Positions 39,108 through 42,549 of a stretch of 42,549 nucleotides of DNA are shown here, one piece after another. Each line of letters starts with the position of its first letter. Position 1 is the stretch's first letter. Below the pieces are notes generated by a model. That model was not told where the DNA came from and ran no database searches. It was given only the letters and a program-made list of their open reading frames with translations. Made by a program: the position numbers and the translations under genes. This DNA comes from a virus: positions 1 to 42,549 of IMG/VR virus record IMGVR_UViG_3300045988_052165, one strand, 5' to 3'.

Positions 39108-39794
39108 ATGGATTCAAATACAGGCCAAACATTCATCGAGGAAATGCAGCCGAATTTCGATGCCCTCCCGGAAAGGCTGAAAGACGAGAAATTCCGGAAC
39201 CATCTGACGAATCAGCAGCTTTCTGACGTGTCCGGCGTTCCTATCGCCACAACAAGCCGGATTCTTTCCGGTGCCGTATCGAACCCCGGCTTTTTCCATA
39301 TCGCCGCGCTGTGCGCCGCTATGGGCGTGTCAATGGATTCCGTTGCAGGTGTTCACCCAAGCGGAGATCAGGCGGAAATAGACCAGCTCCGGCAGGAGAT
39401 AGCATACAAGGACGAGATAATTGCCGAGAAGGGCGCGGCGATAGACCGCTTACTGGACAGGAGCCGCATTATGGAGGCTGGTGTCGCGGCCAGAGATGAC
39501 CGCATCGGCAAACAAAATGAAGAAATAAAGAATGTCCGCAGCTCATACAAAATCCTTGTGTACGGGCTGTGCGGCGTTTGCATTACGCTGACATTTGTGT
39601 TGGCAATCTATGTGGCTCTGGATAGCCAAGCGCCAGACCAGGGGCTGATACAGTCTGATAATGTTTCTCCGGTCGTATGGGCAGGTGCGGCGGCTGTTAT
39701 TGTACTGCTGTTCGGCCTTCTGCACTTCACTGTAAGCAAATTATCAAAAAAGAGGGATACGCTATGGGAAGAAAGAAAAAAGAGCCGGGGGTAA
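39108..39794 (+). CDS. Membrane-anchored XRE-type HTH protein (HTH + coiled coil + 2 TM)
   Basis: 228 aa from ATG 39108 (AGGAGGGcgaattATG). HTH is LTNQQLSDVSGVPIATTSRILSG, coiled coil is EIDQLRQEIAYKDEIIAEK, and the TMs are ILVYGLCGVCITLTFVLAIYV and VVWAGAAAVIVLLFGLLHF. Its 3' end overlaps int by 31 nt. Confidence 0.7.
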   Translation: MDSNTGQTFIEEMQPNFDALPERLKDEKFRNHLTNQQLSDVSGVPIATTSRILSGAVSNPGFFHIAALCAAMGVSMDSVAGVHPSGDQAEIDQLRQEIAYKDEIIAEKGAAIDRLLDRSRIMEAGVAARDDRIGKQNEEIKNVRSSYKILVYGLCGVCITLTFVLAIYVALDSQAPDQGLIQSDNVSPVVWAGAAAVIVLLFGLLHFTVSKLSKKRDTLWEERKKSRG

Positions 39795-40831
39795 AACTCC
39801 CGGCTATAATACAACTCCCGTCAGGGTCATGGCGAACAAGAATCTATATCGACGGCCGCACAGTATCCATAACGAAAGACACCTACGACGAATGCGCGGC
39901 GGAATACCTCGCCATGAAGCACGGGGTCATTGAAGCGAAAGCCGCCCCCATGAAGCACGGGGTGCCGCTGGGGGACGCTCTCGACAAATACATTTCGACC
40001 CGGAAGGGGTTCAAGTCACCGTCAACGATTTATGCGTATGAATCCTACCGCAAGCAGCGCTTCCAAAGCATGATGGGGGCCGACGTGTACACCACCACGG
40101 ACGAACAGTGGCAAGCCGCCATCCGCAGGGAAGCAAAATCACTGTCCCCGAAATATATTAAAAATGTGTGGATGCTGATTTCCGCAGCGATATTCGAGGA
40201 AACCGGACGCAGGCCGCGGGTGACCCTGCCGGAAAAGGAACACAACGAAAAGCCGTACCTTGATCCGGATCAGATACCGGTGTTCCTGCAAGCCATAAAA
40301 GGGGAATCGATAGAAATTGCCGCCCTGCTGGAATTATCCAGCTTGCGCAGGTCTGAGATGCTGGCGCTGACGTGGGACAAGGTCGACTTCAAGAACGAAA
40401 TAATATATGTCCACGGGGCAAGAGTTGCCGGGGACGGCGGCAAGCTGGTTCACAAGAAGCAGAACAAAAACGATTCCTCCCGGCGCACGGTGCCGATTAT
40501 TGAGCCGCTAATGGAAGCACTAAAGGCAGTTGATAACAAGGAAGGTTATGTCGTCAACCTGACCGGCGGGGGGATATGCACAAGGATAAACGAGATTTGT
40601 TCCGCCAACGGCCTGCCGAAAGTCGGGAACCACGGATTGCGGCACAGCTTCGCGTCTCTGGCTTATCACCTCCAGATACCGGAAAAGATAGCAATGGAAA
40701 TTGGCGGGTGGGCAGATGACGGGACGATGCACAAAATATATACACATCTGGCACAGAAAGACATTGCAAAACGGGCGCAGGATTTTCGGAACTTCTTTGT
40801 GTCAAATGCGGATGAAAAAGCGCAAATTTGA
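39764..40831 (+). CDS. int: Tyrosine integrase (phage integrase family)
   Basis: 355 aa from ATG 39764 (GAGGGAtacgctATG), with RRSEMLALTWDKVDF, HGLRHSFASLAY and MHKIYTHL (catalytic Tyr region). Confidence 0.9.
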   Translation: MGRKKKEPGVKLPAIIQLPSGSWRTRIYIDGRTVSITKDTYDECAAEYLAMKHGVIEAKAAPMKHGVPLGDALDKYISTRKGFKSPSTIYAYESYRKQRFQSMMGADVYTTTDEQWQAAIRREAKSLSPKYIKNVWMLISAAIFEETGRRPRVTLPEKEHNEKPYLDPDQIPVFLQAIKGESIEIAALLELSSLRRSEMLALTWDKVDFKNEIIYVHGARVAGDGGKLVHKKQNKNDSSRRTVPIIEPLMEALKAVDNKEGYVVNLTGGGICTRINEICSANGLPKVGNHGLRHSFASLAYHLQIPEKIAMEIGGWADDGTMHKIYTHLAQKDIAKRAQDFRNFFVSNADEKAQI

Positions 40832-40847
40832 CACGCCATTTGACACG
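40822..40847 (+). repeat. Arm-type repeat, copy 1: GCAAATTTGACACGCCATTTGACACG (contains 2x ATTTGACACG)
   Basis: It is identical to 41061-41086 and overlaps the int stop codon. Confidence 0.85.
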
Positions 40848-40893
40848 GATTTTGAAAAAGCATTGTATACCAACGCTTTTTGGAATTTTAATC

Positions 40894-40921
40894 GTGGGTT
40901 CGATTCCCGTACGGGTCACCA
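40894..40921 (+). other. attP core candidate: 3' portion of a tRNA gene (T-arm + acceptor + CCA)
   Basis: GTGGG-TTCGATT-CCCGT-ACGGGTC-A-CCA. There is no matching 5' half upstream, so it is a fragment, as expected for a tRNA-targeting integrase. Confidence 0.65.
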
Positions 40922-40927
40922 TGGCAG

Positions 40928-40960
40928 AAAACACCCTAGAATTTGTTTCTAGGGTGTTTT
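40928..40960 (+). terminator. Rho-independent terminator after the tRNA fragment/int
   Basis: AAAACACCCTAGAA-tttgt-TTCTAGGGTGTTTT forms a 14-bp perfect stem running into a T-run. Confidence 0.8.
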
Positions 40961-41060
40961 TATTGGTTTTACCGCTTTATTCTGAGAACTCCGAACTTTT
41001 CCGTGGTAAAATATTTTTATGAACTATAGATTTTTGGCACACATAATACAGTTTTTGGAT

Positions 41061-41086
41061 GCAAATTTGACACGCCATTTGACACG
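41061..41086 (+). repeat. Arm-type repeat, copy 2 (plus a degenerate third unit AAATTTGCCACG)
   Basis: It is identical to 40822-40847 and lies on the other side of the core. Confidence 0.85.
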
Positions 41087-41099
41087 AAATTTGCCACGC

Positions 41100-41408
41100 T
41101 TACCGCTTATACAGTCCCTGCACCACTCCGACGTTCTCCGCCCGTTCAATATCCCGTTTGTGCAGGTACTCATAGACGGCCATCATGGCCGCAGGCGGTT
41201 CGCCCTTCTGCTTGCGGTATTCCTCGATGTGGGAAACAACGGCCTTGTGCAGGGCGTTCATGTGGTTCATTTCCTCCCCGCTCAGCCTGTAAAACAGGTC
41301 TGCCAGCTCCGGGTCGTCGTGCTTGTATTCCACGGCCAGCTCTGCGTAGGTGTGCGCGTCTTCCAGCTCGTCCTCAATGTGCTCCATCAGCAGTTTGATT
41401 TCTTTCAT
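41100..41408 (-). CDS. Helical-bundle (ferritin-like?) hypothetical protein, third gene of the att-proximal cassette
   Basis: 102 aa: EDELEDAHTYAELAVEYKHDDPELADLFYRLSGEEMNHMNALHKAVVSHIEEYRK. Its ATG overlaps the upstream TGA. Confidence 0.6.
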   Translation of the reverse strand: MKEIKLLMEHIEDELEDAHTYAELAVEYKHDDPELADLFYRLSGEEMNHMNALHKAVVSHIEEYRKQKGEPPAAMMAVYEYLHKRDIERAENVGVVQGLYKR

Positions 41409-41755
41409 CTGATGCCCTCCTGAATGTACGCATACAGCGTGTCAATGTCCTGCCTTCCCAGCTTGAGCGTAAGCCCGATTCCGGGGATTTTTACGGGCAG
41501 CGCCTCTGTCCCCATGTATGGCTTTGCGGCGTTGTACAGGGCGTCAACGTCCACCGTGCCATGCTCCATATCGTAAACGCCCAGCGCCTTTACCATGGGA
41601 TGATCTGCGTACTGGGCAATAATCTTCGGGAAATTTGCGGTAAGCAGCCCCCCAGCCCCGGCAACCAGAACTCTGTCCCAGCCGGAAAGACTAGGAGCAA
41701 TGCTTCTGTCAATGAATCTTGCAAGCCCTGCCTGCACGTTTTCCATAGGAATCAT
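41405..41755 (-). CDS. Hypothetical protein, second gene of the att-proximal cassette
   Basis: 116 aa with SD CAAGGAGGTaatttATG. Confidence 0.6.
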   Translation of the reverse strand: MIPMENVQAGLARFIDRSIAPSLSGWDRVLVAGAGGLLTANFPKIIAQYADHPMVKALGVYDMEHGTVDVDALYNAAKPYMGTEALPVKIPGIGLTLKLGRQDIDTLYAYIQEGIR

Positions 41756-41776
41756 AAATTACCTCCTTGAAAGTAT

Positions 41777-41796
41777 GGGGCGGCGGCTGCCGCCCC
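41777..41796 (-). other. Intercistronic GC hairpin
   Basis: GGGGCGGC-ggct-GCCGCCCC lies between the first and second cassette genes, with no strong T-run. Confidence 0.4.
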
Positions 41797-41808
41797 AATT
41801 GTCGGGAA

Positions 41809-42432
41809 TCAACCGTTGCAGCACCCGCCGCACTTGGGCAGGGGGTTGTACAGCGTCTGTGCTGTGGTGCCGGTTCCGGTGGTCACGTCGGCAACCTGCT
41901 TCGGATAGAAGGTCGCGTTGGCGTAAGTCACGATGGAATTGTCAGCGCAGCAGCGCCGCTCTGCCTCGATCTTGATGTCCTTGGACAGTTCGGAACGAAC
42001 GCATTCCACATCCTGACGAACCAGCGCGAAGCTGTCCTCAGTTCGCTGATTGTGTACAGCCTGATCGCACAGGGTCTTGCGAATGTCCTTCAACTGCCCG
42101 TCAATGTAGGCGTACATCTCAAGGGATTTCTGATCGTTGTAGGTATTTGCCTTCAACAGTGCGATTTCGGAATCCTTGGCGGCGAGCTGCTGCTCGCGAT
42201 CCAGTTCATACCGACTCACGGGCATGTTCTCGCTGCACCCGCCCCAGCCGCAGCCAACCCCATAGGGCATGGCGGGCATAACGGGAGCAGTGGGGACGGC
42301 ATTGCGGTTGCCGAGAGCCAGAGCACCCAGACCGCCCGCAGCGTTCATCACGCCCAGCGCCAGCCCGGCAATACCCGTGCCAAGACCGGCACCGGCTACG
42401 CCTTTGCTTGCATAATCCTTTTCTACTTCCAT
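41809..42432 (-). CDS. Hypothetical protein: Gly/Ala-rich hydrophobic N-terminus, coiled coil, Cys-rich C-terminus
   Basis: 207 aa. The N-terminus is GVAGAGLGTGIAGLALGVMNAAGGLGALALG, the centre is a coiled coil (QQLAAKDSEIALLKANTYNDQKSLEMY), and the C-terminus is ..RRCCADN..YNPLPKCGGCCNG. The SD is GAAGGAGGA. Confidence 0.65.
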   Translation of the reverse strand: MEVEKDYASKGVAGAGLGTGIAGLALGVMNAAGGLGALALGNRNAVPTAPVMPAMPYGVGCGWGGCSENMPVSRYELDREQQLAAKDSEIALLKANTYNDQKSLEMYAYIDGQLKDIRKTLCDQAVHNQRTEDSFALVRQDVECVRSELSKDIKIEAERRCCADNSIVTYANATFYPKQVADVTTGTGTTAQTLYNPLPKCGGCCNG

Positions 42433-42462
42433 AGTTTAGAAGTCCTCCTTCAAAATATTAGG

Positions 42463-42492
42463 AGGTGGCCACCTTCTGTCATTATAATAACA
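42463..42492 (-). promoter_or_regulatory. Cassette promoter (extended -10) and palindromic operator
   Basis: On the minus strand, TGTTATTATAAT (plus coordinates 42481-42492) directly follows the terminator T-run. A perfect 12-bp palindrome AGGTGGCCACCT lies at 42463-42474, before the SD. Confidence 0.55.
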
Positions 42493-42549
42493 AAAAACCA
42501 GGCGAACGAATCATCATCGTTTCGCCTGGTTTTCGTCAGAAAATCGTCA
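42491..42549. repeat. Terminal direct repeat, copy 2 (identical to 1..59; includes the same terminator hairpin)
   Basis: Read directly from the sequence. Confidence 0.98.

Larger units (their letters stand above)
1..42549. mobile_element. Complete temperate phage genome assembled as a circle (unit 42,490 bp)
   Basis: The two 59-bp ends are identical. Terminase, portal, capsid, scaffold, lysis, replication/recombination, CI/Cro-like switch, tyrosine integrase and an attP-like site are all present. I recognise no host housekeeping genes. Confidence 0.85.

Noticed and set aside
40871-40893. Extension of the tRNA fragment upstream (TTTTAATC resembles a Lys-UUU anticodon loop).
   Set aside because: When positions are counted back from the T-loop, the putative anticodon stem halves (AACGC / AATTT) do not pair. 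Homology to a tRNA therefore seems to start only near 40889-40894.

Overview
This 42,549-bp window is one complete, circularly closed phage genome. The unit is 42,490 bp, because the last 59 bp repeat the first 59 bp. It looks like a temperate, podovirus-like dsDNA phage of a fairly GC-rich Firmicutes/Clostridia-type host. That host call is inference from GGAGG-type ribosome-binding sites, XhlA and phi-LC3-type lysis genes, and a Cys-rich KTR protein. All protein names come from motifs I recognise by eye; no database search was possible. Most genes run on the minus strand, in this order: Cro-like gene, early genes, a YqaJ/RecT/SSB/RusA recombination module, replisome organiser and DnaC-like loader, a DNA-modification/anti-restriction cluster (C5-MTase-like, radical SAM, Lar, ASCH), homing-endonuclease-like genes, a second RusA, and a tail/ejection block with a 1962-aa giant protein. 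A plus-strand cassette interrupts here, followed by TerS, an AT-rich island, two tRNAs, KTR, TerL, scaffold, capsid, portal, fibres and the lysis cassette. Plus-strand islands carry the lysogeny functions (CI-like repressor, membrane-anchored HTH protein, tyrosine integrase, attP with a tRNA 3' fragment) and self-promoted cassettes. The oddities most worth follow-up are these. (1) A Shine-Dalgarno-led 74-codon gene is nested in another frame inside the Gly-rich linker of the giant virion gene, and the codon-usage signature favours the nested frame. (2) A plus-strand cassette splits the late genes: a promoter carries an 18-bp operator that recurs inverted 477 bp away, bracketing a 25-aa holin-like toxin-type peptide and an RHH-like gene whose predicted start is ATA, followed by a J-domain protein. 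(3) An MTase-like plus radical-SAM gene pair overlaps by 10 nt. (4) An AT-rich 13-mer repeat island flanked by G-run blocks separates terS from terL. (5) Two plausible genes overlap convergently at 36054-36464. (6) A self-promoted three-gene cassette sits next to attP.
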